Part shown: in pieces, positions 1 through 10,737 of the stretch
Layout of the letters: each line of letters begins with the position of its first letter
Numbering within the stretch: the first letter of the stretch is position 1
NCBI GenBank assembly: GCA_001689535.1
Contig: LUJP01000071.1
Location: forward strand, 3,183 to 67,182
DNA length: 64,000 nt
Source of the DNA: Bacteroidales bacterium M5
GTDB taxonomy: Bacteria; Bacteroidota; Bacteroidia; Bacteroidales; Muribaculaceae
Reading direction: 5' to 3'
Notes under the pieces: model-generated
The model's input: only the letters and a program-made list of their open reading frames with translations
What the model was told of the DNA's origin: nothing
Database searches by the model: none
Program-made: the position numbers and the translations under genes

Positions 1-1
1 C

Positions 2-118
2 GACGACATTGCCCGTTACAAAGTGTTCGACCTAAAAGGCATCGAGGATGTTTACGAAAGCGGTTATCGCGACACCCTCAGTTTCCTCAAAAAACACGGC
101 ATAGAATCACGCGGCTGA
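2..118 (+). CDS. 3' end of a gene entering the window, possibly a patatin-like phospholipase
   Basis: Open frame DDIARYKVFDLKGIEDVYESGYRDTLSFLKKHGIESRG* ends at TGA 116-118. The FD...GY tail resembles Bacteroidales patatin C-termini. Confidence 0.45.
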   Translation, partial: DDIARYKVFDLKGIEDVYESGYRDTLSFLKKHGIESRG

Positions 119-215
119 AAACAATCGCAAACACACACATCAACACACTGAAGTATTTGCATGGATTATGTGGTTTTGCTACATTTGCATATACAACAAA
201 ACCATTATTATCACC

Positions 216-1001
216 ATGAAAACAAAATTGCTTCTGGCAGCCGTTTTCTGTGCCGTCAACTTTTTATCGGCGTCGGCTGTGTCGCCGGGTCTCAACGATG
301 CCTACAGCCGCGAGTCATTCACCGACAAGGCCGGAACCGTCCTGTCCTACCGCATGCTGAAACCTGAAAAAATCAATCCTGAGGAGAAATACCCTCTCGT
401 GGTGTTCCTCCACGGCGCCGGCGAGCGTGGCGCCGACAATGAGTCGCAGCTGTTTCATGGCGGCTCGGTTTTCTCCAATCCGGTAAACATGACTAAATAC
501 CCGGCATTCGTTATCTTTCCCCAGTGTCCGGCCGGCGAACGGTGGGCTGAATATAACAAGCAGAACTCCTTCAACGACAACGCTGAGACACCGGATGAGA
601 GTAAGAACGAAAAAGCCATCATATGCCTGATCGAAAAACTCGTGGCCGACTATCCTATTGACACCGACCGCCTTTACATTACGGGGCTTTCAATGGGAGG
701 CATGGGAACGTTTGACCTCGTGTGCCGTCACCCCGATCTGTTCGCAGCCGCCATACCGATTTGCGGAGCTGTGAACCCCACGCGTCTGCCGGCTGCCAAA
801 AATGTCAGATTCCGCATATTCCACGGCGCCAACGACGATAGCGTGCCCACCATCTGGAGCAGGAAGGCTTACAAAGCGCTCAAAGATGCGGGTGCCGAAG
901 TCGAGTATATCGAATTTGCCGGAACTCCCCACGACTCGTGGAATCCGGCGTTCAACCGCCCCGATTTCCTTCCATGGCTTTTCTCCCAGAAAAAGAAATA
1001 A
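216..1001 (+). CDS. Secreted alpha/beta hydrolase (phospholipase/carboxylesterase or predicted peptidase family)
   Basis: Signal peptide MKTKLLLAAVF, PLVVFLHGAGERG, nucleophile GLSMGG, IFHGANDDSV and a C-terminal His (PHDSW). Start moved to ATG 216. Confidence 0.85.
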   Translation: MKTKLLLAAVFCAVNFLSASAVSPGLNDAYSRESFTDKAGTVLSYRMLKPEKINPEEKYPLVVFLHGAGERGADNESQLFHGGSVFSNPVNMTKYPAFVIFPQCPAGERWAEYNKQNSFNDNAETPDESKNEKAIICLIEKLVADYPIDTDRLYITGLSMGGMGTFDLVCRHPDLFAAAIPICGAVNPTRLPAAKNVRFRIFHGANDDSVPTIWSRKAYKALKDAGAEVEYIEFAGTPHDSWNPAFNRPDFLPWLFSQKKK

Positions 1002-1048
1002 ATCCGCACCAAATCTCTTACGGTAGCCGCCAATGTGAACCGTTATAA

Positions 1049-1098
1049 AAATTGGGCGGAGAGTCCGAATCCGGTGATTTTGACTCTCCGCCCAATTT
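1049..1098. terminator. Bidirectional intrinsic terminator
   Basis: 17-bp perfect inverted repeat aaattgggcggagagtc / gactctccgcccaattt between convergent genes, with A/T-rich flanks. Confidence 0.8.
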
Positions 1099-1116
1099 GT
1101 TTTCAATTACACACGT

Positions 1117-1575
1117 CTATCGCTCAATGATACGGCGGGCTATTTCATGAAGGCGCCTGTCGGAAAGCAGGCGCGAGAGTGTACGCGCGGCCTCGCGCAG
1201 ATCGGCCTCGGAATGCAGATTCTCAACCACACTTTTAGCCTCGACGAGCATCATGAACAATGCGCCGGAAGTAGTCAGAAGCGGCATTACGGGTATGTTC
1301 CATCCGGTCATAGAGCGCAGACACATGGCCGACAGCGACATAATCACGTCGACGAGCGTCAGCGACAGAAGAGTGGCAAGATAGCGCAGACCTTTGTCGA
1401 CTGTCCGGCGGTAGCCGCGCGAAGTCCTGGGCTGGCCGAGTCGGGATGCCTTGCGCAGACCGCTGTGCAAATCCACGCACACAGCCACAATCACACCCAG
1501 ATAGTCCACGGCAAGGAGCGCGAGCAGCCATGCGAGGCTTCTGAGCAAGTCAGGTGAAAAATGAAATGTTTCCAT
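1117..1575 (-). CDS. Phage-holin-family membrane protein
   Basis: 152 aa with about 3 TM segments and the pattern D..SG.RKA....RTS.G.RRTV.K ... E..SV.EN typical of Bacteroidetes holin-like proteins. Confidence 0.7.
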   Translation of the reverse strand: METFHFSPDLLRSLAWLLALLAVDYLGVIVAVCVDLHSGLRKASRLGQPRTSRGYRRTVDKGLRYLATLLSLTLVDVIMSLSAMCLRSMTGWNIPVMPLLTTSGALFMMLVEAKSVVENLHSEADLREAARTLSRLLSDRRLHEIARRIIER

Positions 1576-1634
1576 AGCGGTTACTATTGATTAAGCAACC
1601 GCTAAGTTACTGCCGGCCGACCCCTGCAGCCTGA

Positions 1635-2252
1635 TCAATCACCACATGTGAATCCTGCCAGACGTGCCAGATACTTCCCTATTATGTCGAATTCCAGATT
1701 CACCAGCGAGCCTTCCTGAATACTACGGAAATTGGTATGCTCGAAAGTATAGGGAATGATAGCCACGCGGAATGAATCGCGCTCTGAATCACACACCGTC
1801 AGGCTTACGCCGTTCACCGTCACCGAGCCTTTCTCCACCGTCATATACCCCTTGGCGGCAAGCTCGGGAGTGATATTATAGGTAAACCGGAAATATTTGC
1901 TGCCGTCCACTTCCTCCACTCCGGTGCATGTGGCCGTGCAGTCCACATGGCCCTGCACTATATGGCCGTCAAGCCGTCCGTTCATAATCATGGAACGCTC
2001 CAGATTCACCAGCGACCCCTCGGTGAGAAAGCCCAGGTTGGAGCGGTCAAGTGTCTCCTGGATTGCAGTCACGGTATAGGATGAATCCTCGGGATGAAGT
2101 TCCACCACTGTCAGGCACACACCGTTGTGTGCCACCGACTGGTCTATCTTCAGCTCATCGGCGAATGAGCATTTCACTCTCAGATGGCGGTTGCCGCCTT
2201 CATCGTGCACGCCCGTCACAAGGGCAGCCTCTTCTACTATTCCTGAAAACAT
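1635..2252 (-). CDS. ribE: Riboflavin synthase
   Basis: MFSGIVEE N-terminus, SVAHNGVCLTV, GHIVQGHVD, VNLEFDIIGKY. Confidence 0.97.
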   Translation of the reverse strand: MFSGIVEEAALVTGVHDEGGNRHLRVKCSFADELKIDQSVAHNGVCLTVVELHPEDSSYTVTAIQETLDRSNLGFLTEGSLVNLERSMIMNGRLDGHIVQGHVDCTATCTGVEEVDGSKYFRFTYNITPELAAKGYMTVEKGSVTVNGVSLTVCDSERDSFRVAIIPYTFEHTNFRSIQEGSLVNLEFDIIGKYLARLAGFTCGD

Positions 2253-2348
2253 AATTATTTCGGACTATATTCAGTTTAATTGCTATTATTATCACAAATA
2301 TACGGATTTATTCCATATATTTGCGAAACACCTTAATCTAAAAACTGT

Positions 2349-2930
2349 ATGCTGAAACGTATCCTACTTATCATCACACTGCTTGGCGCATTGAGTGCTT
2401 CTGCCCAGTCTATCGTTGTGGATGGCAACCTATTGCGCGGTGAATTCAATTTCAATGCCGGACTGAACACCGACGGCTATCAGCTGGAAATGGGCATAGG
2501 CTATTTCCCTTCCGACTGTTTCGGTCTGCGCTTCACATTCGGAACCAACGGCGAGATAAAGGCGTTTGACGACTGCGACTGCTGGAGCAACCCCGACGAC
2601 TACGCCATCCGTGTCCGTTTCACTCCGGCACTGGTGTTCCGCACCCCGCGCATCGTTCCATTCCGCGAGCCTGATTCGGGCCTGTCCCTGTTTGCCGAGC
2701 CCGGACTCACGCTCTCTCCCGGCGCCAGCGGAAGCAAAGACGCCCGCACCGTATGCTGGGACGTGAAAGCCGGCTTCAATTTCCAGTTCGGGATAGGCTT
2801 CTTCGTACTCGGCTATGAGTGTACCAACTTCTCCCTATACTCGGGGCGCCCATACAGCCGCTATGACCAGCCCGTGGACACTGACCGTCTCACACACTCC
2901 GTCTACGCTGGCATCGGCATCAAATTCTGA
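2349..2930 (+). CDS. Outer-membrane beta-barrel hypothetical protein
   Basis: Signal peptide, alternating beta-strand pattern, C-terminal aromatic motif YAGIGIKF. Confidence 0.7.
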   Translation: MLKRILLIITLLGALSASAQSIVVDGNLLRGEFNFNAGLNTDGYQLEMGIGYFPSDCFGLRFTFGTNGEIKAFDDCDCWSNPDDYAIRVRFTPALVFRTPRIVPFREPDSGLSLFAEPGLTLSPGASGSKDARTVCWDVKAGFNFQFGIGFFVLGYECTNFSLYSGRPYSRYDQPVDTDRLTHSVYAGIGIKF

Positions 2931-2945
2931 AAACTCCGACACCGA

Positions 2946-3005
2946 AAAAAAACGACGGCGGCCGGTTACCCGAAATTCCGAGGTAACCGGCCGCCGGTTA
3001 TTTTT
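2946..3005. terminator. Bidirectional intrinsic terminator
   Basis: cggcggccggttacc...ggtaaccggccgccg stem flanked by an A-tract and a T-tract between convergent genes. Confidence 0.8.
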
Positions 3006-3019
3006 ATCCCACTCGTTTA

Positions 3020-4033
3020 TCAGTCGATGTTGGGATTAAGAGTATGCCACTCGCTTACAGGGGGCAGAATACCCATGCTGATGATTTCATCGCGCATCTT
3101 GCAGAGGTGCTCATAGCTTGCCTGCAGTGTTGCCATCTCGGCGGGAGTGCCTACGATGGATTTTGCATAGACGCCGTCCTTGGTAATGCATGTAGGCATA
3201 GCCATCATCACGTGGTTGAAACGTGCGGTGTCGGCATAGCAGCCTACAGGATATTCAAACTCTTCGCCACCCATTGCAGCCTCTATCATCTTCACAGAGA
3301 GATAAGCGGGGCTCTGGAAGGAGCTGCGGCGACGGAGCTCGATGATTTTGGCACCTCCCTGGGTAACTTCCTTCTGCATCTGCTCCCATTCGATCTCGCT
3401 GAGACCTTTGCCATTCACTTTCTCCTTGCCGGCGATGATGTCAGTGAGTTTCACACCGTCAACAGTGGTGGGAGTTGCGAATACGGCCATCTTTTCGCCG
3501 TGTCCACCATAGGTGTAAGCATTCTTGACCACGCTCTGGCCAACACCGAAGTGGAGGGCGAGAGCCTCTTTGAGACGGGTTGAGTCAAGAGCGGCGAGAG
3601 TAGCCACCTGATTGGGCTTCAGACCGCTGTGGATAAGGGCCACAAGACCGGTGATGTCAGCGGGGTTGAAGATAACCACGAGGAATTTTGCATCGGGGCA
3701 ATACTTCTTGATGTTCTGGCCAAGCTCCTCTGCTACTTTGGAGTTACCTACAAGAAGATCCTCACGGGTCATGCCTTCCTTACGGGGAGCACCGCCAGAG
3801 GAAATAATGTATTTGGCACCGGTGAATGCCTCGGCGGCATCGGTTGTGCTGGTGATGTTGGCCTCGTCAAAGCCACACTGACGCATTTCCTTTGCCACGC
3901 CCTCGGCGCTGAAAACGTCATAGAGGCAGATGTTGGGAGTAAGGCCGAGCATAAGTGCCGTCTGGGCCATGTTGCTGCCGATCATGCCGGCAGCGCCTAC
4001 AATCACGAGTTTGTCGTTGGTTAAAAATTTCAT
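3020..4033 (-). CDS. mdh: Malate dehydrogenase
   Basis: GAAGMIG Rossmann motif, GAPRKEGMTREDLL, IFNPAD, LDSTR, GGHGE. Confidence 0.93.
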   Translation of the reverse strand: MKFLTNDKLVIVGAAGMIGSNMAQTALMLGLTPNICLYDVFSAEGVAKEMRQCGFDEANITSTTDAAEAFTGAKYIISSGGAPRKEGMTREDLLVGNSKVAEELGQNIKKYCPDAKFLVVIFNPADITGLVALIHSGLKPNQVATLAALDSTRLKEALALHFGVGQSVVKNAYTYGGHGEKMAVFATPTTVDGVKLTDIIAGKEKVNGKGLSEIEWEQMQKEVTQGGAKIIELRRRSSFQSPAYLSVKMIEAAMGGEEFEYPVGCYADTARFNHVMMAMPTCITKDGVYAKSIVGTPAEMATLQASYEHLCKMRDEIISMGILPPVSEWHTLNPNID

Positions 4034-4080
4034 AATAAGTTTGTTTAGAGGTTATTGTAGTTCTTGAATTCAGGTCATTT

Positions 4081-5259
4081 TTATAAGGTGGTCACCGCAT
4101 CAGCAAGCCTGCCAAGCTCTGCAAGGTCACTCTCCTTCATGGAAGACCGAATGGTCACCACAGGATCCAGAAATTCCATTCCCGGCTGATCCTCAAGCAT
4201 CTTGCGCATCACCGAGGCGGCTACCGGAGCCCATGAACCGTTCTGCACCAATGCTATCCTGCGGTTGCGGATACCTTTCGACACGAGCCGGCTCAGGAAG
4301 TTTTTCATCGCCGGATATACTCCCGCATCGTATGTGGGAGCGCAGAGCACTATTGTGCCGTAGCGGAACGCGCGTCCCACGGCCTCGGAGGGTTCGCCCA
4401 CGGTAAGGTCGGCGGTATACACCTCGCCGCAGCCACGCTCACGCAGCATCTCGGCCAGCCGAAGGGCACAGGCCGCGGTGTTGCCGTAGATAGAGGCGTA
4501 GGCCACCATCACCCCGCGGGTTTCCGGAGTATAAGTGCTCCAGCGGTTATAGAGATCCAGTTCACGGTCAACCGGAGCCTTGAGCACCGGTCCGTGAAGC
4601 GGAGCGATATATCGGATTTCCAGACCGGATACTTTCTTGAGCAGCGACTGCACCATCGGGCCGTATTTCCCCACTATGTTGCAGTAGTATCTCCGGGCCT
4701 CGTCAACCCAGTGCACTGGGTCATACTGCAGCGACCCGAAGCGGCCGAAACCGTCGGCCGAGAACAGCACCTTTTCGGTCTCGTCGTAGCTCATCATCAC
4801 CTCCGGCCAGTGAATCATGGGGGCGGAGATAAAACGCAACCGGTGAGTTCCCGCATCAAGGATATCGCCCTCTTTTACGGCACGCGTACGCCCTGAAAAA
4901 TCAAAAGCGGGGTAGAAATTGGAAATCATGTCCAGGCATTTCTGCGACGCCACAAGCGTGCAGCCGGGCCAGCGCTTCAGCGCTGCCACTATATTGGCTG
5001 TATGGTCGGGCTCGGCGTGATGGGCCACAAGCCATCGCGGAGCCTTACCTCCCGTAGCCTCCTCGGTCTGCCTTATCCATTGTTCTCCGGAACCGGCCTC
5101 CACACTGTCGAGAACAACGATATCGTCGCCGCCCTCGCCGAGCAGCGCATACGAGTTGTAGCTCATGCCATGAGGCAACGCATACTGATTCTCGAACAAC
5201 CGTGCATCGGGATCATCCACCCCGACCGACACAATCGTATCACTTATATTAGAGGTCAT
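4081..5259 (-). CDS. fprA: FprA-family flavodiiron protein
   Basis: SYNSY, HHAEPDH, HWPE, SADGFG, PLHGP metallo-beta-lactamase motifs plus a flavodoxin domain (YASIYGNT). Confidence 0.92.
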   Translation of the reverse strand: MTSNISDTIVSVGVDDPDARLFENQYALPHGMSYNSYALLGEGGDDIVVLDSVEAGSGEQWIRQTEEATGGKAPRWLVAHHAEPDHTANIVAALKRWPGCTLVASQKCLDMISNFYPAFDFSGRTRAVKEGDILDAGTHRLRFISAPMIHWPEVMMSYDETEKVLFSADGFGRFGSLQYDPVHWVDEARRYYCNIVGKYGPMVQSLLKKVSGLEIRYIAPLHGPVLKAPVDRELDLYNRWSTYTPETRGVMVAYASIYGNTAACALRLAEMLRERGCGEVYTADLTVGEPSEAVGRAFRYGTIVLCAPTYDAGVYPAMKNFLSRLVSKGIRNRRIALVQNGSWAPVAASVMRKMLEDQPGMEFLDPVVTIRSSMKESDLAELGRLADAVTTL

Positions 5260-5356
5260 CTTGATATTATATAACAACGATTGTCAAAGATAACTACAAT
5301 TTTCGAGATTGTAAAGTTCAATTTCTCTCCGACAATTTATTATGACCGGTTTTCTC

Positions 5357-6379
5357 TCAGCCCACGCGGTTCTCGCCGCCTTCGGGGCGCAGCACGTAAG
5401 TGTTGCGCAGAGTCTCGAATGCGCCGGGATCGCGCCGCAGGGGCTCGCTGTCGGCAATCGGGTCGTAGCTTTCGGCTATTTCCTGTGTAGTCAGGTCGTC
5501 GGGAGCATACGGAGCCACAGGCTCGTCGATAGAGAGCCCGGACAGTCCGAAATGTCGGCAGATTGCCTCAAGGGCAATCTGTGAGGCCCTCGCCTTTCCG
5601 CTGCGTGTATATCCGGCGATATGCGGTGTGGCCACAAACGCCTTATGCAGCAGTTCGAGGGATATCTCGGGCTCACCTTCCCAGCAGTCTATGGCGGCTT
5701 TGCCCACAAGGCCACTGTCAAGAGCCTTCAGCAGCGCCTTATTGTCAATCACAGCGCCGCGGGCCGTATTGATTATGAGCGGCTTTTTCTGCAGGAGGCT
5801 GAAGAAGCGTTCATCGGCCAGGTGCCAGGTAGCATCCTCACCCTCATGCGTCATCGGCACATGGAATGTTATCGCGTCAGCCCGGGCGGCGACAGTGGCA
5901 AGATCGGTGAAATCACCACCATCGGCCTTTTGTCGGGGAGGATCGCATTCAAGAACCTCCATTCCCGCCTGACGTGCCCAGCGGGCAACTATGGAGCCTA
6001 CATGCCCCACACCTACCACTCCGAGCGTGCGCCCCGATAACTCCGGACCGAAAGCGGCCACAAGCGTGGATATCACATATTGGGCAACCCCTGGCGCATT
6101 ACATCCCGGAGCATTTGCCACTTCTATGCCTGCGTTGCGGCACCACTCGCAGTCCACATGGTCAAGACCTATCGTAGCTGATGCCACGAGCGTGCACCGC
6201 GATCCTTCGAGCAGCGAGGCGTCACAGCGCGTACGGGTGCGCGTCACCAGCGCGTCGGCATCGGCCATGGCCGCGCGGTCAATCTCTCCTGCGGCCAGTT
6301 CCGTGACGGTTACTCCGGCTTTACGGAGCGCATCGGCTATGAATGGAACGTTGCGTTCCACCACTATTTTCAAATCCAT
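5357..6379 (-). CDS. pdxB: Erythronate-4-phosphate dehydrogenase
   Basis: TRTRTRCD, ATIGLDH, NAPGCNA, GVGHVG, INTARG, DCWEGEP, TPHIAGY. The start could be 6388. Confidence 0.93.
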   Translation of the reverse strand: MDLKIVVERNVPFIADALRKAGVTVTELAAGEIDRAAMADADALVTRTRTRCDASLLEGSRCTLVASATIGLDHVDCEWCRNAGIEVANAPGCNAPGVAQYVISTLVAAFGPELSGRTLGVVGVGHVGSIVARWARQAGMEVLECDPPRQKADGGDFTDLATVAARADAITFHVPMTHEGEDATWHLADERFFSLLQKKPLIINTARGAVIDNKALLKALDSGLVGKAAIDCWEGEPEISLELLHKAFVATPHIAGYTRSGKARASQIALEAICRHFGLSGLSIDEPVAPYAPDDLTTQEIAESYDPIADSEPLRRDPGAFETLRNTYVLRPEGGENRVG

Positions 6380-7368
6380 ATATTCCATATATATAACACC
6401 GCGCATACACCGGCGAGCGAAAGCACCCAGATGTAGCTGCGGCGTTCATAATTTATTCTGAAGAACAATGCCGTCTGAATGGCAGTGAAGCACATCAGCG
6501 GAGGCAGATAGCTGTCAGGAGCACCGAAATACACCACGGCGAGCACCATCGTGGCCACGGTCATGGAGGCCATCAGGCCGTTGAGTGCGCGCGCGCGGGC
6601 ATTGTAACTATAAACGCGGTAGAGATTGTGCATCAGCATTATCGTGCACCACACCAGCAAAAACGCCACAGTAGCGGCCAGCGGACTGAGGAAATCGCCC
6701 GTCAGGAACATCGACGGCGAGAACCATACGTCAGGCAGATAAAGCCCGCGGAAACCTTCCGGATAAAACCCGAGCAGAAGCCAGAAGGGAGTGACTACGC
6801 CAAGCGTCGCGCCCACAACCGAGCGCACAGTAAAGCTACGCATCTGTATGCACCCGGCAAGCAGCACCGGAAGGTATATCAGGGCGGCAGCCTGAACCAT
6901 TGATGCCGCCGTGCACAGAAAGAACGCGAGAAACACCGTCTGGGTTCGGTCAGGCCGCTGATAACATGAATAAAGAAGCGCAATTACCGTGAGCGCGAGC
7001 AGAGCAAGCGCCGTGCCGGGCACAAACCGCGCCGACACCTCAGGCACCGAACACTGCATCAGCAGATACAGTCCGCCCAGCAACACGGAAGACGTACGCA
7101 GAAGATTGAACGTGCGGTTCACCAGCACCATCATCACAGCCACGGCAACCATCGCCACAGCCGAGAGCGCCAGCGAAAGTTCCGCCGTCATGGAGGGGAG
7201 CCCCGAATGCACGAGCAGGCCGCCGAAGTCGGCGGCCGCTGCCTTTACGTCCGTAATCCATCCGCACAGCGCGGCGGCGCATGCACCTCCCAGTCCAACT
7301 GCCCCGATAAGCAAAGAGCCTCCCCGGGAGCGGAGAAAACGCGATATGTCTTTTTCCTTCCCGGTCAT
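6370..7368 (-). CDS. Multi-pass membrane protein (DUF6427-like)
   Basis: Many hydrophobic helices; position between purD and pdxB as commonly seen in Bacteroidales. Confidence 0.7.
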   Translation of the reverse strand: MTGKEKDISRFLRSRGGSLLIGAVGLGGACAAALCGWITDVKAAAADFGGLLVHSGLPSMTAELSLALSAVAMVAVAVMMVLVNRTFNLLRTSSVLLGGLYLLMQCSVPEVSARFVPGTALALLALTVIALLYSCYQRPDRTQTVFLAFFLCTAASMVQAAALIYLPVLLAGCIQMRSFTVRSVVGATLGVVTPFWLLLGFYPEGFRGLYLPDVWFSPSMFLTGDFLSPLAATVAFLLVWCTIMLMHNLYRVYSYNARARALNGLMASMTVATMVLAVVYFGAPDSYLPPLMCFTAIQTALFFRINYERRSYIWVLSLAGVCAVLYIWNIWI

Positions 7369-7381
7369 CCTTTCGCCGGAC

Positions 7382-8662
7382 TTATTTCAGATTCATCAGG
7401 TCGCGACCTATGTCGCGGCGGAAATATTTGCCCTCGAAATCCACAAGGGCTACCGACTTGAAGCTGCGCTCCACGGCATCGGCAATATCCTTGCCAAGTG
7501 AGCTCACGGCGATAACACGTCCGCCGGAGGTTACCACAGTGCCGTCGTCGAGTTTCTTTGTGCCAGCATGGAACAGTATGGAATCAGTCACTTTATCAAG
7601 ACTGGTTATCACCTTGCCTTTGGGATAATTTCCGGGATAGCCCCCGCTCACAATCATCACAGTTGCTGCGGTTGCCGGATTGTGACGGAGCGGAAGATTG
7701 CCTAAATCGCCCTCGGCGGCAGCTTTCATCAGCTGCACCAGATCGGAATCCACGCGCAGCATCACGGCCTCGGTCTCGGGGTCGCCCATGCGCACGTTGT
7801 ATTCTATCACCATCGGTTCCCCCTCTACGTTTATGAGGCCGAGGAATATGAAGCCACGGTATATGATGCCTTCTTCTGCAAGGCCCTTTACCGTCGGCTC
7901 TATGATGCGTTCGGTCACTTTGCGCATGAACGTCTCGTCGGCGAACGGCACGGGGCTGATGGCACCCATACCTCCGGTATTGAGACCCGTGTCGCCCTCG
8001 CCTATGCGCTTGTAGTCCTTGGCTACGGGCAGCACACGGTAACCGCCGTTGCCGTCCGTAAGCACGAATACCGAACATTCTATACCCTTGAGGAATTCCT
8101 CTATCACCACCGTTGCCGATGATTTGCCGAACATGCCTCCCAGCATCTCGCGCAGGGACTTCTTGGCCTCATCAAGCGAGTCGATTATCAGCACACCCTT
8201 TCCGGCTGCGAGGCCGTCGGCTTTCAGCACATAAGGGGGCTTGAGCTCTTCCAGGAAGCGGCATCCTTCCTCGGCCGTCTCCTGAGTGAAGGAGCGGAAA
8301 CGGGCTGTGGGAATGCCGTGTGCGGTCATGAATCGCTTTGCGAAATCCTTGCTGCCCTCAAGTTGCGCGCCGGCTTTCGACGGGCCTACCACGAGCAGTC
8401 CGGGACGTTTCCCGGCAAAATAGTCGTAGATGCCGGCCACAAGAGGATCCTCGTTGCCTACTACCACCATGTCTATGCCGTTGGCGCCCACAAAGGCATC
8501 CACGGCCTCGAAATCGAGAGGCGAGAGAGCCACATTGGTGCCGTAGGCTCCGGTCCCACCGTTGCCGGGAGCTATAAAGAGTTTGTCACAAAGTTCGCTT
8601 TGGCTTATTTTCCAGGCCAGAGCCGATTCGCGGCCGCCTGAACCGAGCAGAAGAATGTTCAT
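7382..8662 (-). CDS. purD: Phosphoribosylamine-glycine ligase
   Basis: GSGGRE, APGNGG, LEGSKDFAK, KADGLAAGKGV, NTGGMG, EYNVRMGDPE. Confidence 0.98.
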   Translation of the reverse strand: MNILLLGSGGRESALAWKISQSELCDKLFIAPGNGGTGAYGTNVALSPLDFEAVDAFVGANGIDMVVVGNEDPLVAGIYDYFAGKRPGLLVVGPSKAGAQLEGSKDFAKRFMTAHGIPTARFRSFTQETAEEGCRFLEELKPPYVLKADGLAAGKGVLIIDSLDEAKKSLREMLGGMFGKSSATVVIEEFLKGIECSVFVLTDGNGGYRVLPVAKDYKRIGEGDTGLNTGGMGAISPVPFADETFMRKVTERIIEPTVKGLAEEGIIYRGFIFLGLINVEGEPMVIEYNVRMGDPETEAVMLRVDSDLVQLMKAAAEGDLGNLPLRHNPATAATVMIVSGGYPGNYPKGKVITSLDKVTDSILFHAGTKKLDDGTVVTSGGRVIAVSSLGKDIADAVERSFKSVALVDFEGKYFRRDIGRDLMNLK

Positions 8663-8675
8663 ATATTATCGCAAG

Positions 8676-10232
8676 TTATTCGTTGTTATCGTTTTCGGTG
8701 CTCTGATTTCCCTGCGCTCCCGGGCGTTTCCAGCCGCGGCGCGGACGCATCATCGGGCCTTCGCTTTTGGGGAGCGACGGCTTGCGGCCTATCAGGCTCT
8801 TCAGCGCGGCCTCGTTGCGGCGGCGTGCCAGCGGGTTCTCCGAGAATTCCTCGCGGGAAATCTCGCGCCGTTCCTTACGGTCTTTTTTACGGTCCTGGCG
8901 GTTGCCGGCATGATAGCGCTCTTCAAGGGCCGACAGCTTGCGGCCTTTGTCGGCAGAGCGGTGCTCCTTGCCTCCCATGCCTGAACGGCGTGCGTCGGCA
9001 GCCCATTTCTCATCGCTCTTGTAGCGGAATTTCGGTTTGCAGTCGGCACCGGCACGCTCGCCTTTCAGCTTGCCGCCTTCGGAGCGGAAGTCACGCATAT
9101 TGCCGTCGAATATTATATACTCGCGCAGCTCGCATTCCAGCGATCCGTTGAGCAGAGGCATCTTGACCGACGGTGCCAGGCCTATCTTATGGAAGTATTC
9201 CTCACGGTAGCCGATTATCCAGGCGTGATATCCTCCGAACACATGCTTGAGCTTACGGCCAAGGAGCGCGTAGAGTCCCTCCATGTCGTCCACGGAGATA
9301 CGCTCCCCGTAAGGGGGATTGGTTATGAGCACTCCGTCGGCCGGAGCCTCTTCCCAGCGGGCGAGAGGCTTAACTTCCAGGTCTATATACTTCATCATGC
9401 CTGCGCTCTTTATGTTCTCGCGGGCTATGGCTATGGCCTTGGGCGATATATCGGCGCCTATTATGCGGTGGGTGAAGGTGCGTTCCTGCGAATCGTCGTT
9501 GTAGATTGAATCGAAAAGTTCGGCATCGAAATCGGCCCACGATTCGAAAGCGAAACGACGGCGGTAAATGCCGGGATGAGTACCCGTGGCTATCATGGCA
9601 GCCTCGATGAGGAATGTGCCGCTGCCACACATGGGATCTACCAGCGGGCAGTCGCCGCGCCAGCCGCTTTTGAGTATTATGCCGGCGGCAAGCACCTCGT
9701 TTATGGGTGCTTCAGTCTGTGCCACACGGTAGCCGCGCTTGTGGAGCGACTCGCCCGACGAATCAAGCGAGAGCGTTACGCGCTCACCCGAGATATGCAC
9801 ATTGATCATCACATCGGCATCCTGCAGCCTAACGCCGGGACGCACATCCGGTCCGAGACGGTCGCGGAACCAGTCCACGATGGCATCCTTCACCCTGTAG
9901 GTCACGAAACGCGAATGGGTGAATTCCTCCGAATTCGCCACCGTATCGATGGCGAAAGTCTTGTCGGGTGACAGCACCTTGCTCCACTCGAATTCCTTCA
10001 CGCCTTCGTAGAGCGCGTCGGGAGTGTCGGCGATAAACTTATATATAGGCTTTAGAATCCGCAATGCCGTGCGGCAGCACAGGTTGGCTTTGTACAGCAT
10101 CTCCAGATCTCCTTCAAATGAAACCATGCGGAGCCCGGGCTCTACATTCAAGGCTCCGAGATTGCGGAGCTCCTCTGCCAGCACATCTTCCAGCCCCTGG
10201 AAGGTCTTGGCTACCATTTCAAACGTTTGCAT
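8676..10232 (-). CDS. rlmL: THUMP-domain rRNA guanine methyltransferase (RlmL-like) with charged C-terminal tail
   Basis: SLHKRGYR, APINEVLAAG, DPMCGSGT, NPPYGER. Start moved to MQTFEM at 10232. Confidence 0.88.
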   Translation of the reverse strand: MQTFEMVAKTFQGLEDVLAEELRNLGALNVEPGLRMVSFEGDLEMLYKANLCCRTALRILKPIYKFIADTPDALYEGVKEFEWSKVLSPDKTFAIDTVANSEEFTHSRFVTYRVKDAIVDWFRDRLGPDVRPGVRLQDADVMINVHISGERVTLSLDSSGESLHKRGYRVAQTEAPINEVLAAGIILKSGWRGDCPLVDPMCGSGTFLIEAAMIATGTHPGIYRRRFAFESWADFDAELFDSIYNDDSQERTFTHRIIGADISPKAIAIARENIKSAGMMKYIDLEVKPLARWEEAPADGVLITNPPYGERISVDDMEGLYALLGRKLKHVFGGYHAWIIGYREEYFHKIGLAPSVKMPLLNGSLECELREYIIFDGNMRDFRSEGGKLKGERAGADCKPKFRYKSDEKWAADARRSGMGGKEHRSADKGRKLSALEERYHAGNRQDRKKDRKERREISREEFSENPLARRRNEAALKSLIGRKPSLPKSEGPMMRPRRGWKRPGAQGNQSTENDNNE

Positions 10233-10737
10233 ACGGCTTATTACGGTAAAAATGTCAATGATTATTCTGCAAAAGTACCAAAAAGAAAACAATTCCGAAA
10301 TCTATTCCCCCATTTCATTCACCCCTCACCCCAAAATTTCAATCGAGACATTGCTACGTCGCGGAGCGACGATTTCTTTCTAACCCGTTGCGCCAGCTAC
10401 GGGTAAAGGACATTCCTATTCTCTCTGCGGCAAGCCTGGGAATGGCGCCGCCGCAGAAAATGCGCCAGCTTGGGCCCCAAGTTATTTGGTGGATTTAATA
10501 GAATAAAGCAAGATGCTCTCTCCAAACAACACTTTCACATCAAAAACGCTCTTTAGAAAAAGCACTTTTCAGAAAAAAACGAGATAAACCTGAGCCTGAA
10601 TAACGAGTGCCGTCGATAAGGATATCGACGGTCCATGGGTGCGAGGGCAGACATCGGCCTGAAAAAAGGTCTACGCGGTTCTGCCGTTCCCGCGCGGTTC
10701 TGAGTTTCTGACACCCGTCGGGGCGCCGTGGAAACAC

